Source: Felis catus | Taxonomy: Eukaryota | Direction of reading: 5' to 3' | Length of the DNA stretch: 64,000 nt | Assembly (NCBI RefSeq): GCF_018350175.1 | Contig: NC_058381.1 | Span: 2,480,001 to 2,544,000 of the forward strand | Shown: positions 13,801 through 27,779 of the stretch, one piece after another | Layout of the letters: each line of letters opens with the position of its first letter | Numbering within the stretch: the stretch's first letter is position 1 | Position numbers and translations under genes: made by a program | The notes under the pieces: generated by a model | Seen by the model: only the letters and a program-made list of their open reading frames with translations | Told to the model about the DNA's origin: nothing | Databases searched by the model: none

Positions 13801-15432
13801 GCCAAAGACTGAACTTGATAGGATAAGTTAAGACAGATGATAAGAGTAGCCAGAGGCACTGACTATAAAGAAATCTGGGGAGGCATTTCTGGGGAGAAAT
13901 GCACAGGCATTTAGGGTGGGTAACAAAGGCTGCACTGAACTGATCACCTGAAGCTGGGGCAGAAACCTTCCACTACTAGGGCAAACTCGAGACCCTTTCC
14001 ACCTACACGCCTTCACAGGAGAAGAGCTGGAGAAAGTCATTTCCAAGGGCACGAAGGTGGAGCAATCTACTAAGGGAGAGGAGGCACGAAAAGAAGTGAA
14101 AGAAAGGGGGCCCTTCTCCAGACCTGTGATGTTACAAGAAGCTATCTCTGCTGTTGCTCCTCAGGGCAAAATGAAAGAAGGCGGGGAAAAGTCTCTGCGG
14201 CGACTCCAGGCACAAAAGTCCAAAAGAGGCTCAAAATAACAACAGTCACACAAAGAAAAATTCCTGGGCGGCAAAAGGAGTCTCCCTCTGGCTTAATCTA
14301 AATGAGGGGAAGGAGAAAAAAAAAAAAAAAGTCCTAGAAAATGGATTCGGAATAAAGGTGGTAGTAAAAGGAGTTGTAAGGAACCAAACGAGGACCCTTT
14401 ACAACCCCCTTGTCCAAAAGAAGGCGGGTCAGATTCCCAAATTGAGAGAGTCGGCCAAGAAGTCTTCCGGAAGTGGAAACCCTTAAGATCCTTGAGGAAA
14501 ATCCCCACACATTCCCCCCTTCAGAGGTTACAGATGGTGAACACGAAGCCTGCACCCGCCGAGATGCGAAGAACCTACAAGAACGATCTCAAGACATCTG
14601 AGGTCAAAATGAGATGACAAAAAGAACCCCCATCCCCGTAGAACCCGGAGAGCGGCTAGCCTTGGGATAAAGGGGTGGGGTAAGAGACTCGTGAAAAGAT
14701 GCCACCTTACGGCTAGGAGGGAACTTGACCGGCACAACCCAGAGTTGCCGAGGTCAAAGATAGCAAATGTCACAAATGGATTCCGACCGTTTCTCCTTGG
14801 GTTGGGAGCAGAAACGTAACACGAAAGTGGGGTGAGTCTTCCAGGGCCAGGAGGCAGAGGCCTCTGTGAGGAAGATAAAAGGATCTAATATGGGACGGCC
14901 TTCCCAAGGGGGCAATAGGGAAGAAGAAAGAGAATTCTCCATGTGCTTGGACCGTGCGGAAGAGGGGGGTGGGGGGTGGGATGTGATTCAGGTCTAAGGT
15001 AGGTCTCCTACTGGGAAACAAGAAAAGTCAACGAGAAGCGGGGAAAATGGGGTCTCCGTTGCGGGGGGGGGGGGGGGCGCGGACGCTGATCCAAGCACAA
15101 TAATGAACACTGATGTTCATTCTCTCCGAGACCGGGGTCAAGAGCAGGTGTAATTAATAGAGAGACCAAAAATAGGAGGAAGGGGGTGAACTTCCAGAGG
15201 TCTCCCCGGGAGGGCTGCGGGTGGGAGCGTGGGTCTAAGGTTCGAAGGGCCAGGACTTCGCTCCAGAGGCGCGATCCCGCCCCACTCTCCCCCTCCCTGG
15301 CTGGGGGGAGGGCGCCGAAGACCGGTGTCCCCGGCCGGCGCGCCGCCTCACCTTGTAGAAGGCCCCGTTGGAGCCGCGCACCTCGACGGGCAGTCCCGGC
15401 TCCACGTCCCCCCCGGAGGCCAGGCCGCCCAT
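1843..15432 (-). CDS. FXR2: FMR1 autosomal homolog 2 (Agenet/Tudor, KH, RGG RNA-binding protein), 17 coding exons
   Basis: Exons (minus strand, GT-AG): 15352-15432 ([27 protein letters not shown]), 9592-9644, 9155-9248, 8682-8753, 8415-8563, 8087-8180, 7486-7602, ~4910-5080 (mostly in gap; TSKQLAAAF visible), 4634-4712, 4198-4307, 3886-3972, 3353-3575, 2987-3184, 2694-2894, 2502-2597, 2250-2350, 1843-1938 (...LVNGVS*). Phases are consistent and the peptides match mammalian FXR2. Confidence 0.97.
4888..5051. other. Assembly gap hiding most of FXR2 exon 8 (KH1)
   Basis: N run begins 29 nt into exon 8. Confidence 0.97.
6058..6592 (-). mobile_element. Cluster of three CanSINE (SINEC) copies
   Basis: Reverse-complement SINE bodies (gagagagag...gtcggacgcttaacc...ggtgcccc) with poly-T tails. 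Confidence 0.85.
9682..9747. repeat. (GAAAA)n microsatellite just upstream of the FXR2 exon 2 acceptor
   Basis: About 13 copies of gaaaa. Confidence 0.95.
10590..11085. mobile_element. Degraded old L1 fragments
   Basis: L1 ORF2-antisense-like motifs (caccatttgttgaaaagactaccctt) followed by an L1M 3'-end-like segment (tatacctcaataaagctg). Confidence 0.6.
11086..11312 (+). mobile_element. Full-length CanSINE with target-site duplication
   Basis: gggcacccgggtggctcagtcggtt head, (CT)n, A-tail; taaaaattaggggtttcaa on both flanks. Confidence 0.9.
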
Positions 15433-16320
15433 GGCGCCGCCGCCGCCTCCGACTGCCCCGGCGGCGGCTGCAGCGGCGGTCTGAGTCCGGGCCGGGCCGG
15501 GCCCCCGNNNNNNNNNNNNNNNNNNNNNNNNNNNNNNNNNNNNNNNNNNNNNNNNNNNNNNNNNNNNNNNNNNNNNNNNNNNNNNNNNNNNNNNNNNNNN
15601 NNNNNNNNNNNNNNNNNNNNNNNNNNNNNNNNNNNNNNNNNNNNNNNNNNNNNNNNNNNNNNNNNNNNNNNNNNNNNNNNNNNNNNNNNNNNNNNNNNNN
15701 NNNNNNNNNNNNNNNNNNNNNNNNNNNNNNNNNNNNNNNNNNNNNNNNNNNNNNNNNNNNNNNNNNNNNNNNNNNCCCTGCCGCCGCCGCCTACTGCGCA
15801 GGCGCACCGGGCACCCGCCCGCCGCGCGCGGGGCCCCGAGGGCCACGGCGCAGGCGTCAAGGCTGGCGACCCAGCTCGCGCTCGCCAGCGCATCAGGGCT
15901 TCCACACTCCCTTTTGCTCTCTCACGCCCTCTCCTGGTCGCCTCCTTGCGCCTGCGCAGAGCCAGACGGCTCTCTTTCTTCACCACCCCCCCTCCCCCCC
16001 GCCCCACTCCACCGCCCACATCTCTTCCTTTCCCCGCCCCACAACACTGATAACTAACCAATCGTGCGGAGGGAGGGGCCGAGCCCACTCGGTCGGATTG
16101 GATTTCTGCTGCTCCTGGGCAGGCCACACCCACTTCGCCGCTGTGAGCTTCCCCGGGCTGGGGCAAGTGAGGGATGGGCATGCGCCTGAATGACTGCTTG
16201 GTCACTTTCCCCACCTTTGTCTTTCTCGGTGCGCACGCTCCAAAGGAAAAAATAAAAAGAGGAGTCAAAGGAAAAAAAAAAAAAAAAAAAAAAAAAGGCC
16301 TGGTGCGCGTGCGCTGTGCT
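15150..16320 (-). promoter_or_regulatory. FXR2: FXR2 CpG-island promoter with several NRF1 (alpha-Pal) sites, CCAAT and GC boxes
   Basis: CpG-dense; TGCGCAGGCGCA at 15795-15806, TGCGCCTGCGCA at 15947-15958, further GCGCnnGCGC-like sites near 16180 and 16305, CCAAT ~16058, ATTGG ~16097. Confidence 0.8.
15508..15775. other. Assembly gap in the GC-rich FXR2 5' UTR
   Basis: Run of N flanked by GCC-rich sequence. Confidence 0.99.
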
Positions 16321-17910
16321 TAATCGTCGACAAGCACGTATCGACTCCTGGGAGCATGTGTGACTCGGTGCTGTAGATTGAAGAGTCGCGTTCTTGCCTG
16401 GAGAAGATTCCGATCATGCATATAATGAAAGGTTAATTTCAAGGCAGTACCAAAAAGCAAAGGCAACTTAGATTAGCACAAGATTTGGTATCCAAATGCT
16501 GAGGATGTTCAAAATAGGAAAAAATGTTACGGAGGAAGGGTAGTAGAGGGAAAACTCCGGATTCTTGAACTGAGATAGGGAATTTAGTTGCAGAAATAAA
16601 TAAAGTAGCACAGAAATTAGGATCACGTGTTGTGCATTTGATCAGTTAGCGAGTGTTTATATCGACCTCACTGTGTTCCAACAGCCTTAATAAGTGCCAG
16701 GGATACAAAGACGAGATGTAGTAGTGCCTACCCCCCATAAGGATTTTATAATACATTGGGGAAGGGACTGACAAGTTTAAACAAATTAACAAATAAGTGC
16801 ATCGGGTTCCACTGACGTTTTGATAGAGATAAGGACTAGGTAGAGTGGGAATCCCAATGAGACAATGAAAAGTTGCTCTTCAGAGTAACCTTCAGGAAAG
16901 TCTTCAGGAAAGACTGAGGAGGGGAAGTGAACGGAGAGGTGGGGGCTGAGTAGGCGTTTGCGAGAGGAAAAGTGCAGTAAAAGGATTCTTGAGATATCAG
17001 GAATTACAGTGATGCAGAGAAGCAGAAAGCATGTCCTTTGGGGAACCACAACCAGTTCAAGTAGCATTTGGCTTGAGGAGCTACGGGAAGGTAGGCTGTG
17101 AGGGACTTGTAAATCAGATAAAGGAGTGGCTTTTCCCTTATCAATACTGAAGAGCCACTGAGAGATTTTAAGCAGTGTAATCGGATAAGATTTTCATTCT
17201 ACAACTATGGAGGATAAAGAGTAAGGGTGGTCCTAAGGCGCGGGACCCCGTGAAGAGCTGTTGATTGCAGGAAAGAGAGAGGCTGAGGACCTAACTTGGA
17301 TGAGGACTGCCAGCAACAAAGGGACAAGCTGGTCTGAGCCTGTTCCGTTTGCAGCGGGATCAACAAGAATTGGTGATGAGGGTGGAGTGGGGTGGGGTGA
17401 GGAGTCCCTGAAGAAGTACTCGGGGTTACTGAGTGAATGGTGATGCCAAACGTGGAAGAAAGAACTCAGGAGGCAAAGTTTTGGAAGACACGTTGATGAG
17501 GTTGAGGGTCCACCATTCAGGGGGACATCTCTTGTCTTCAACAAACGTCTCGTTCAACATATATAATTTCTTTTAGTCTTCCACTGTGCCTATACTAGGT
17601 TGGTTCTTAAGCATCCTATACTCCTTTGGGGTGCTCCTCGTGGTTGTACTATTAATAATTTGTCCAGCGTCTGTCTTCTGCCATCTGTGAGGTCCGCGAG
17701 GCCAGAGACTGGGTTCCGTGTCTGTCTGTGCCCACCATTGTATACCCGGTACCTAGCACGGTTCCTGGCCTGGCAAATATTAACCGAAATGAAGGGATCA
17801 ATGCTCTGCAGGTCAATCGACACACATGTTCCTGCTCCAGGAGAGGTCTCGGCTGGAGAGATGGATGTTGTAGTCATCGGCATGTGAGTCGTAGTTAAAG
17901 CTATAAAACA

Positions 17911-18440
17911 GGGGCGCCTGGGTGGCACAGTCGGTTAAGCGTCCGACTTCAGCCAGGTCATGATCTCGCGGTCCGTGGGTTCGAGCCCTGCGTCAGGCTC
18001 TGGGCTGATGGCTCAGAGCCTGGAGCCTGTTTCCGATTCTGTGTCTCCCTTTCTCTCTGCCCCTCCCCCGTTCATGCTCTGTCTCTCTCTGTCCCAAAAA
18101 TAAATAAACGTTGAAAAAAAAATTAAAATAAAAAAAATTTAAAAAAAAATTAAAAAAAAAAAGCTGTAAAACAAAAATAAACCTTGGGGCGCCTGGGTGG
18201 CTCAGTTAAGCATCTGACTCTTGACTTCACGGTTCACGAGATAGAGCCCTGGGTTGGGTTTAGGCGGTGCAGGAGTTCAAGCCCCAGGTAGGGCTCTGTG
18301 CTGCCGGGTTCGGAGCCTGGAGCCTGCTTTGGATTCTGTGTTTCCCTCTCTGTATTCCTCCCCCACTTGTGCGTGCTCGCTTGCGCGCTCTCTCTCTCTC
18401 TCCCTCCCCCCCTCAAAAATAAATAAAATTTTTAAAAAAG
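17911..18440 (+). mobile_element. Two tandem CanSINEs (17911-~18160 with TSD aaagct[a/g]taaaaca; ~18186-18440)
   Basis: ggggcgcctgggtggc heads, CT-rich region, poly-A tails. Confidence 0.9.
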
Positions 18441-19396
18441 AAGAGTACAGGCCGTCAGACTGAAGAATTTGAATTTGGGCTCTTAAGCAATAGCAGTAGC
18501 TGAATTTTGTTTTAGAAGTGACACCGTCACCAACTTCCGAGCCTCTGACACCAACAGTCCTTTCGGGTTTAACGTTTGTTCACCGGCTGTAGTCATTGTT
18601 CATTCAGGCAAAGGACAGGAGTGGGAGAAAGGAGAACAGCATTTCCGATGGGGAATGGCACATTCACAAGGCCCAGAGGGGAGAGTACAGTGCCCCTAAG
18701 GTACAGAGGTTAGACTGTATAGAGTCTAACTAACACGGTTATAACCAGCATGGACGGGAAACACGTGGCCGGAAGGGTTGGGCCAAAGTTTGCAGGGGCT
18801 GGAACATATTTAGAAGTTTGGACTTGCTACTAAGAGAAGTGGGAACCATTACAGGACTTTCAGCCAAACTGCCTTTTAGTAAGATTACTCTAGCTGGATG
18901 ATGAAGGATGTGTCAAAAGAATGGCCCAACTTGTCTTTGGACTTCTAAGTACATAGGGATTGGGAGGAAGACAGAATGATGGATAGATTGCTGGATGAAT
19001 GTTGGATAGATACTGAAAATGGGAACTAAATGAAAGTTTACATACTGAATGTTGAGACTTGCCTCAGATCTCTTCTTCACCCAGCTCTAAGAATACGTAC
19101 AGACTGGGCCGCCCAGCTGGCTCAGTTTTTGGAGCCCGAGACTCTTGATCTCACGGTCATGAGTTCAAGCTCCTTGTCGGGTGTAGAGATTACTGAAGTA
19201 AGTAAAATTTAAAAGAAGAAGAAGAATATATATAGCCAAGCTTCTACCTTCCAAATGGGAGTCTGGAAGAGTCTTCTGGTAAATCTGATCAGATGAGAAA
19301 AAAGACGAAGGATACTGGCATTAGGGGTTCCTCAAGGAAATGGCCTAGTAGATCACCCTAGAGTGAAGTCCACAGTCAACACACCTCCTTATCTGC

Positions 19397-19433
19397 CACA
19401 CACACACACAAACACACACACACACACACACAC
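19397..19433. repeat. (CA)n microsatellite
   Basis: Interrupted CA repeat. Confidence 0.9.
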
Positions 19434-19722
19434 GAGTTTCCACTGGTACCTTAGCATCCCAATCTTAAATATGAGCAGACAACTGAGGACTGCCTGACAT
19501 TTGAGGAAAGCCTCTAAAATGAAAGATTATGCAAGACGAGAAACATTAAAAAAATATATATATCCTCAGAAAGATGAAAACATATATCCATGAAGCAACA
19601 GAATGTTTTTAAAATGCAAAGAACAAAAAACAAAGAAAGATCTCCTAGAAATTAAAAACATGAAAGCAGAAATAAAAATTCAATAGAAGTGTTAGGAAAT
19701 AAAATTTTAAAAATCTCCCAGA

Positions 19723-20876
19723 GGGGTACCCGGGTGGCTCAATTTTTTTTTTACATTTAGTTATTTCTGATAGAGACAGAGCACAAGTGGAGGAGGGGCA
19801 GAGAGAGAAGGAGACACAGAAACCAAAGCAGGCTCCAGGCTCCAGGCTCCGAGCTGTCAGCACAGAGCCCGACACGGGGCTCGAACCCACAAACCGTGAG
19901 ATCATGACCTGAGCCAAAGTCAGACGCTCAACTGACTGAGCCACCCAGGTGCCCCCAAAACAATAATAATTTTAAAAATGTTTTTCTGTAACTGAAGAAC
20001 ATGAGTTTCGAGATGGCAAAGACCCAGTGGGTCCACACTAAAACATTTCCACATAAGATGTCAGAAGGCTAGGAAAAACTGAAGATCCTAAAAGTTGTGG
20101 TTGGGGGAAAAGAGAGAGAGAATAAAAATAGGCTTCATACAAAGACTCCAGAATAAGAAACTTTTCAGGCTTCTTGGTAAGAGGCAACAGCAGAAGCTTG
20201 AAGGCCACGGAGAAATGCCTTCAAAATTCTTAGGGCACATTATTTCCAACCTAGTGTTAGATACCCAGGCACGCTGTCAAGTACAAGAGTAGAATTTTTT
20301 TTTGAAGTTTTTATTTCAGCAATCTCTACACCCAACGTCAGGTTCAAACTCACGACCCTGACACCTTGAGATCAAGAGTTGCATTCTCTTCCAACCCAGC
20401 CAGCCAGGTGCCCCAAGGTCCCAACAAATTTATCTCCCAAGTATCTTTTCTTAAGAAGCTCCATCAAGGGGCATCTGGGTGGCTCAGTCGGTTAAGCAAC
20501 TGACTTCGGCTCAGGTCATGATCTCACGGTTTGTGGGTTCGAGCCTCGCATCCGGTTCTGCGCTGACAGCTCGGAGCCTGGAGCCTGCTTCGGATTCTGT
20601 GTCTCCCTCTCTCTGCCCCTCCCCTACTTGTGCGTGTGCGTGCTATCAAAAATAAATAAAATGTAAAAAAAAAAAAAAGAAAAGAAGAAGAAGCTCTATC
20701 AAAATAAACCAAGGAAAAGATGAAGAGACAGGTATTCTGCAAGGGAATCCAGAAGGCGGGCGCCCGGGTGACTCAGTTGGTTAAGTGTCTCTCGATTTCA
20801 GTTCAGGTCGTGATCTCACGGTGTGTGAGTTCGAGCCCCACGCTGGGCTCTGTGCTGATGGTGTGGAGCCTGCTTG

Positions 20877-20924
<48 letters not shown>

Positions 20925-23384
20925 CTTCCCCCATGCTCACTCTCTCTCTCTCAGAATAAATAAATAAAAACTTAAAACAAAAGATGGCTGTGCACGGAGA
21001 ACCTGCAGTGCGGTCTAAAGATCAGCCACTCCGTTGGAGCAAGCAGGTCTAAAGTCTCCGCCAGAAGATTCTTCAACTGGAAGAGATCAAATTCCTTACG
21101 TGTTTGTATACCCTTAGAGCACAGGTAGCACAACTAAAGGAGAATTTGGGGGGCGCAGTACACAGAAAACTAAGCAAACAAAAAGGACAAAAAAAGTATC
21201 AGTTCCAGAAAACACATAAATGGCTGGGGGGTGGGGGGGAAGACCCACAGGGCTCAACTGTGAGGATCATTTGCATAATCACGGCAGTGTAAACACCCAA
21301 CAGATCCATCCGGAATTGTGATACAATGTTGGAAGCAGGGCAGGCTGGGGGATGGGGGTGGGGTGGCGGTGGAGGCCGAACGGAGAGTGAACGGTGGGAA
21401 GTCAGGGCTCGTGCTAAAACAGAAGCATGGAGAAGCGGCAGCATTTGGGTGCTATTTTTAGTCTGACATATACAAATGGGTCCAAGACAAAACATAATAA
21501 CAATTTAAACACTCAATTGAACCAATGGTCTTTCCCGAACCTTGGGCGTTGTAAGACTAGTGTTTTTTTCTATCAGCGGTAGAGCAGTATGGGACTCTTT
21601 AAATAATATCAAGTAGGGACGCCTGGGTGTAGCTCAGTCGAGTGAGCAGCTGACTTGGGCTCCGTCAGGGTCTCAGGGTTGGTGAGTTCCAGCCCCGCAT
21701 CTGGCTCACTGCTGTTCAGCGTGGAGCCTGCTTTGGATCCTCTGTCCCCTTCCTTGCCCCAACCCACTTGCACTCTCTCTCTCTCTCAAAAATAAATTAA
21801 AAACAAACAAGCAAACAACATTTTAGGTACATAATAGATAAATAACATGCATAACTATGATTTAAAAAAAAAAATACTGGGGCCCCTGGGTGGCTCAGTC
21901 AATTAAACATCTGACTTCGGCTCAGGTCATGATCTTGAGGTTTGTGCCGAGTCGGATTCTGTGCTGACAGCCCCGAGCCTGCTTTGGATTCCGTGTCTCC
22001 CTCTCTCCCTGCCCCTCCCCTGCTCGTGCTCTCTCTCTGTCTCAAAAAATATGTATTAAAAAATATGAATAACCTCATGGAAGGGGGCTGTTACAGGAGG
22101 GGGCTGGGAAGTCAGGAGGCTACGGCAACTTTCAAAGAGCGGTGATAGCAATGTGCAGGTTTGACAGATTTGAGAGTTGTCTTAATGATGCTTTCTGAAT
22201 GCTCCCTTTAAGAGCCCTCCTCCTCAGTGCCCTCCCCTCTGTTCTCCCGGCCATGGCCAGAACCCAGGGCCTTATCACCTCATACGGATCAGCCCCAACG
22301 TCTAACAGAATCACCTCGCAGGAGGCTCATACAGTGATGAGTGGGCAGAAACCCAAGGCCGGCCGTGGCTGCAGCACAGAGTGATGCTGGAGTACAGACA
22401 TCCTGTCAAAACCGGCCGAGAGAATAACATGAAAACCGTGCACACCAAGAAGCAAAGGCAAACCAAGATGGGGACAAGAGAAATTTGGGAAACATTACGT
22501 TTCCTAGTTTATGCCCTTTTCTTCTGCATTAAACATTTTTTTAAAATGTATTTATTTGTTTTGAGAGAGGGAGAGAGCACAGAAGCAGAGAGGAGAGACA
22601 GAATCCCAAGCAGCAGAGCCTGATGCGGGGCTCAAACCCACGAACGGTGAGATCGTGACCGGAGATCAAGAGTTGGTCGCTTATGGGGCGCCTGGGTGGC
22701 TCAGTCGTTAAGCGTCCGACTTCGGCTCAGGTCATGATCTCGCGGTCCGTGAGTTCGAGCCCTGCATCGGGCTCTGTGCTGACAGCTCAGAGCCTGAAGC
22801 CTGCTTCAGATTCAGTGTCTCCCTCTCTCTCTGACCCTCCCCTGTTCATGCTCTGTCTCTCCCTGTCTCAAAAATAAATTAAACGTCAAAAAAAAGTTGG
22901 TCGCTTAACCCCACGGAGGCACCCAGGTGCCCCTGCATTGAGTTTTACTTATGTAGCCTTTTGTTAGAAGAAGAAGAAGAAGAAGAAGTGAAACCTGGCA
23001 TCGCAGAAAACTCAGGGAATCTGAACTAGCAAGTGGGAAAACCTGTCCCCTGGACACCCAGACCCCTTCCTCAGAAGCAACTACACTCTCTTTATGCATC
23101 TCTCCAGAAAGGATGCATTCTAATGCAATCGACATTGAAAAACAGCCCCATCACTAGATAAGTTGATCACGTTCAAAAGATACAAATCCTGTCAGATTGA
23201 GATGAGCCAAGGAGCCATAGGAGACTGGATTTTTCTGGCTCCCATCTGGGGGAGGGGTTGACCAGCTTCATTATCTCCTGATCAAGATTGTCCTAAGGCC
23301 CATCTGCTCTAAATTGGTGTGAAGGGCCCAAAATTGGAATCATTCAAGAAGAATTGAGCCCCTGATGTGTTCTCTTTGGCTGAA

Positions 23385-23421
<37 letters not shown>

Positions 23422-24416
23422 ATCTTTAAGTAATGTCTACACCCAACGTGGGGCTCCAACTCACGACCCTGAGATCAAGAGTTGCACACTCTTCAGGCAC
23501 CCCTCTTTTGTTTTTATAATTTAGATTTTAAGGTGGATCGTCAACCTTTTGTTTTTAATGTTTGCTTATTTTTGAGAGAGAGAATGGAACAGAGAGAGGG
23601 AGACAAAATCCGAAACAGGCTTTGTACTAACAGCAGACATGGGGCTTGAACCCACAAACCACGAGATCATGACCTCTGACCTCTGATCATGAGCTGAAGA
23701 GGGACACTCAACCGACTGAGCCACCCAGACACCCCAGATCTTCAATTCTTTACATTGCCGCAGAAGTCTAGAGATTGTGTTTCTTACAATTTATACGTTT
23801 ATGCTACTTGCCTGCCCTCATTCAGTGTCTAAATTATGACCAATGGTTCATCAACAAAAAGAATAATATGCCACCAGGGGCGCCTGGGTGGCTCAGTCAG
23901 TTAGGTGTCCAACTTCGGCTCGGGTCATGATCTCACGGTTCATAGGTTCGAGCCCCGCGTCGGCCTCTGTGCCGACAGCTCGGAGCCTGGAGCCTGCTTC
24001 GGAATCTGTGACTCCCTCTTTCTCTGCTCCTCCCCCACTCACACTCTGTCTCTCTCTCTCAAAAACAAATAAACATTAAAAAAAACTTAAAAAAAAAAGA
24101 AGAATATGCCACCCACAAAAGTGACGACGGATGTACGTTTAATAGCACAGGGAGATGGGTCTGATATATTGTTGGAAAGTATACGATCCCACCTCTACTC
24201 ACTTAACTCCTCATGTGTATGTATGGACATTGAAAATTCTAAAGAGTTGATACCAGAGGATTAATAACAGTTATATAAGTAAGATTACAAATTCTGCTTT
24301 TTTTTTTCTTTTTCAGTGAAGCCCAACATGGGGCTTGAACTCACAACCCTGAGACCAAGACCTGAGCTGAGACCAAGAGTCAGAGGCTCAACCGACTGGG
24401 CCACCCAGGCGCCCCT
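19723..24416. mobile_element. SINE-dense intergenic region between FXR2 and SAT2: more than 10 CanSINEs in both orientations (e.g. 19745-19955 -, 20468-20680 +, 20757-20975 +, 21616-21800 +, 21879-22050 +, 22535-22935 nested, 23550-23735 -, 23877-24105 +, 24295-24416 -) plus old L1 fragments
   Basis: Repeated CanSINE head, body and tail motifs; boundaries approximate. Confidence 0.85.
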
Positions 24417-24681
24417 ACGCATTCTATTTTTATTTCACGCGAACGTTCCACATTTTCTACAACGAACCCGCGTTATCTGTGTAATAAGATAGTACGAAAG
24501 TAGGACGTAAGCTCATTTCCTTCCTTGTTTCCCGGGTCCTTTGGTTTTGCTGAACTGAAAATACAGACTTTGTGACTTCTGGGGGGGAAAAAAAAAAAAA
24601 AGCACTAGCAAGCTGAGCAGACTTTTTTTTTTTTAAGTGGAGGCCAGTGGTCCTTCCCAGGGCACCCCCCCCCGAAACACC

Positions 24682-24697
24682 ACCAGCAGGTGGCATC
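24682..24697 (+). promoter_or_regulatory. Candidate CTCF site
   Basis: CCAGCAGGTGGCA matches the CTCF core CCASYAGRKGGCR. Confidence 0.55.
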
Positions 24698-24972
24698 CTG
24701 CTCCAAACGTTGAGCCAGCGGGCCAGCCTCACGCCTGCGTCCTGTAGCGCGCAGTTCAGACACTGGAGGCCTTTGTCTGAGTCCCAACTGTGACCAACAA
24801 GCCTGATGTGCCAAGCTGGCACTTTGCTCTTCTTGTCTCCATGTTCCGCAGCCCGGAGCCAGGGCTCTGGCCCACGGAGGGTGAGCGAAAGTCACCTTGG
24901 GCCCACCTTTCCCCCCCGGCAGCAGCCTCCACCGAGCAGGGCACTCGAGAAGGGTCCTGAAGTGGCCGGAGC

Positions 24973-24978
24973 TTTATT
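24973..24978 (-). terminator. SAT2: SAT2 poly(A) signal AATAAA
   Basis: tttatt on +, about 215 nt after the stop. Confidence 0.75.
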
Positions 24979-25192
24979 GCACCATCAACTCCTCCTCCAC
25001 CAGCACCACATCGGGACTCAGCGATTCTCATCCTCAACAGGGAGATGGAAGGGCCTCTCCCTCCGTTCTGCCCTTTCTGTCCTTCCGGTTGAGCGGCTCC
25101 CAACCTCTCTTCCTTCCGGGAGGCCTCTGTCTGGAGCGCTTGAGCAGGTGGGGAGGGAGGAGGCCAAAGACAGAGATGCCCAAGGAACGGCG

Positions 25193-26501
<1,309 letters not shown>

Positions 26502-26509
26502 CGCCATCC

Positions 26510-26840
26510 CCACCGTCTGGGACTGAAGCTCGGGACCCTCCCTTCCGTTCCGCAGACGCGGCTGAAAAGCAGGTAGCTCTCGAACGGGCCTGCACACCGG
26601 GCCCCGAAGAGCCGGGGGCGCCGCGGGCAGCGGCCGCGGGAGTGGTGGGCGCCCCCCTCCCCCCCGCCCCGCACCCTGCCCCGGGCGCGCCCCCGCCAGC
26701 CAATCAGCTGGCAGAGCAGGCTCGCCCCGCCCCCCCAGCCCTGCCCCTCCCCCCACTCCCGCCCCCCCCACTCCCGCCCCCCCCTCCCCCCGCCACCGCC
26801 AGCCCCGTGACTGGGCCCCCGGGCAGGGGTCAAGGCTGGA
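26510..26840 (-). promoter_or_regulatory. SAT2: SAT2 CpG-island promoter (divergent from SHBG)
   Basis: CpG-rich, multiple GC boxes, CCAAT at ~26700. Confidence 0.7.
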
Positions 26841-27394
26841 CTGCGGGCTCCCTCGCTGTGGTTGCCTGGGTGCTGGTCGTCCCGTGGTGCTGTTCAGCCT
26901 CTGTGGTTGAAACCGCATGGATCAAAAGTCACCTGCCAGCCGGCCCCGAGTCCCCCCCACCGCCACCACCCCTGCTCCAGCTGTGAGAGCTGTTTCCTAG
27001 GGGTCTTGAGTGGCTCCGAGTGGCCCTGCCCTCGGGAACAGTGGTATTTCAACACGGGTCAGGGAGGGGGTGATGAATTTCTATCGGTACGTGGTAAGAT
27101 AATGAGGAGTGGCAGACGGGGCCTCTTCTTAGGAGCCACTAAATCACCCTCCGGGACGGTACCTCCCCGCTGAGGCGAGCCTCCGAGGCCTGGGAAGATA
27201 GTGAGGGAGGAGCTCAGAGCAGATACCAGGCCCTGTGCCTGCATGATCTCCGTGAATCGTCATTCGCAGTCACCCCGTAAAGTAGGTATTATTTTTCACA
27301 TTTTGTCAGCAAGAACACTACAGCACCATGGTGGAGGGACTTGTGCAGAGGCACCCAGCTAGATATTTGGTATTCCGCATTTCAGCTGTAGTGC

Positions 27395-27598
27395 TTTCTT
27401 TCTTTTTTTAAAATTTATTTGTGATGTTTGTTTATTTTTGAGGCGGGGGAGGAGCAGAGAAAGGGATACAAAGGATCCCAAACAACCCGTGGCTGACAGC
27501 AGAGAGCCCCAGGTGGGGCTGGAACTCACCAATGGTGAGATCAGGACCTGAGCCGAAGTCGGACGCTTAACCCACCGAGCCACCCACCCAGGCGCCCC
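27395..27598 (-). mobile_element. CanSINE upstream of SHBG
   Basis: Reverse-oriented SINE body ending ...ccaggcgcccc. Confidence 0.85.
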
Positions 27599-27779
27599 TC
27601 CGCTGTTGTTCTGATGGAGGATGCTGCTTGGGGTGCAGGGCAGGACTGCGTCTGGACCTCGGGCCTGGGGAGGCAGCCTCCTCAGGTGGGCAAAAGACTT
27701 CGGGGACCCAGGTCAGGCTCTAGAGGAGGAGAGGGGAAAATGGGGTATCTGTCCTGGCTCCTACACTTTCCCAGCAGGG

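Noticed and set aside
15100-15150. Possible plus-strand distal SHBG first exon in FXR2 intron 1 (CAG|GTGTAA after 15147)
   Set aside because: Distal SHBG first exons exist in human, but the donor is weak and I cannot support orthology from the sequence alone
15186-16268. Long ORFs of 200-335 aa across the FXR2 promoter
   Set aside because: Inflated by the N gap and CpG-island composition
17911-18160. tRNA-like A/B box sequence
   Set aside because: Head of a tRNA-derived CanSINE, not a tRNA gene; the same applies to all recurring [16 protein letters not shown]-type ORFs
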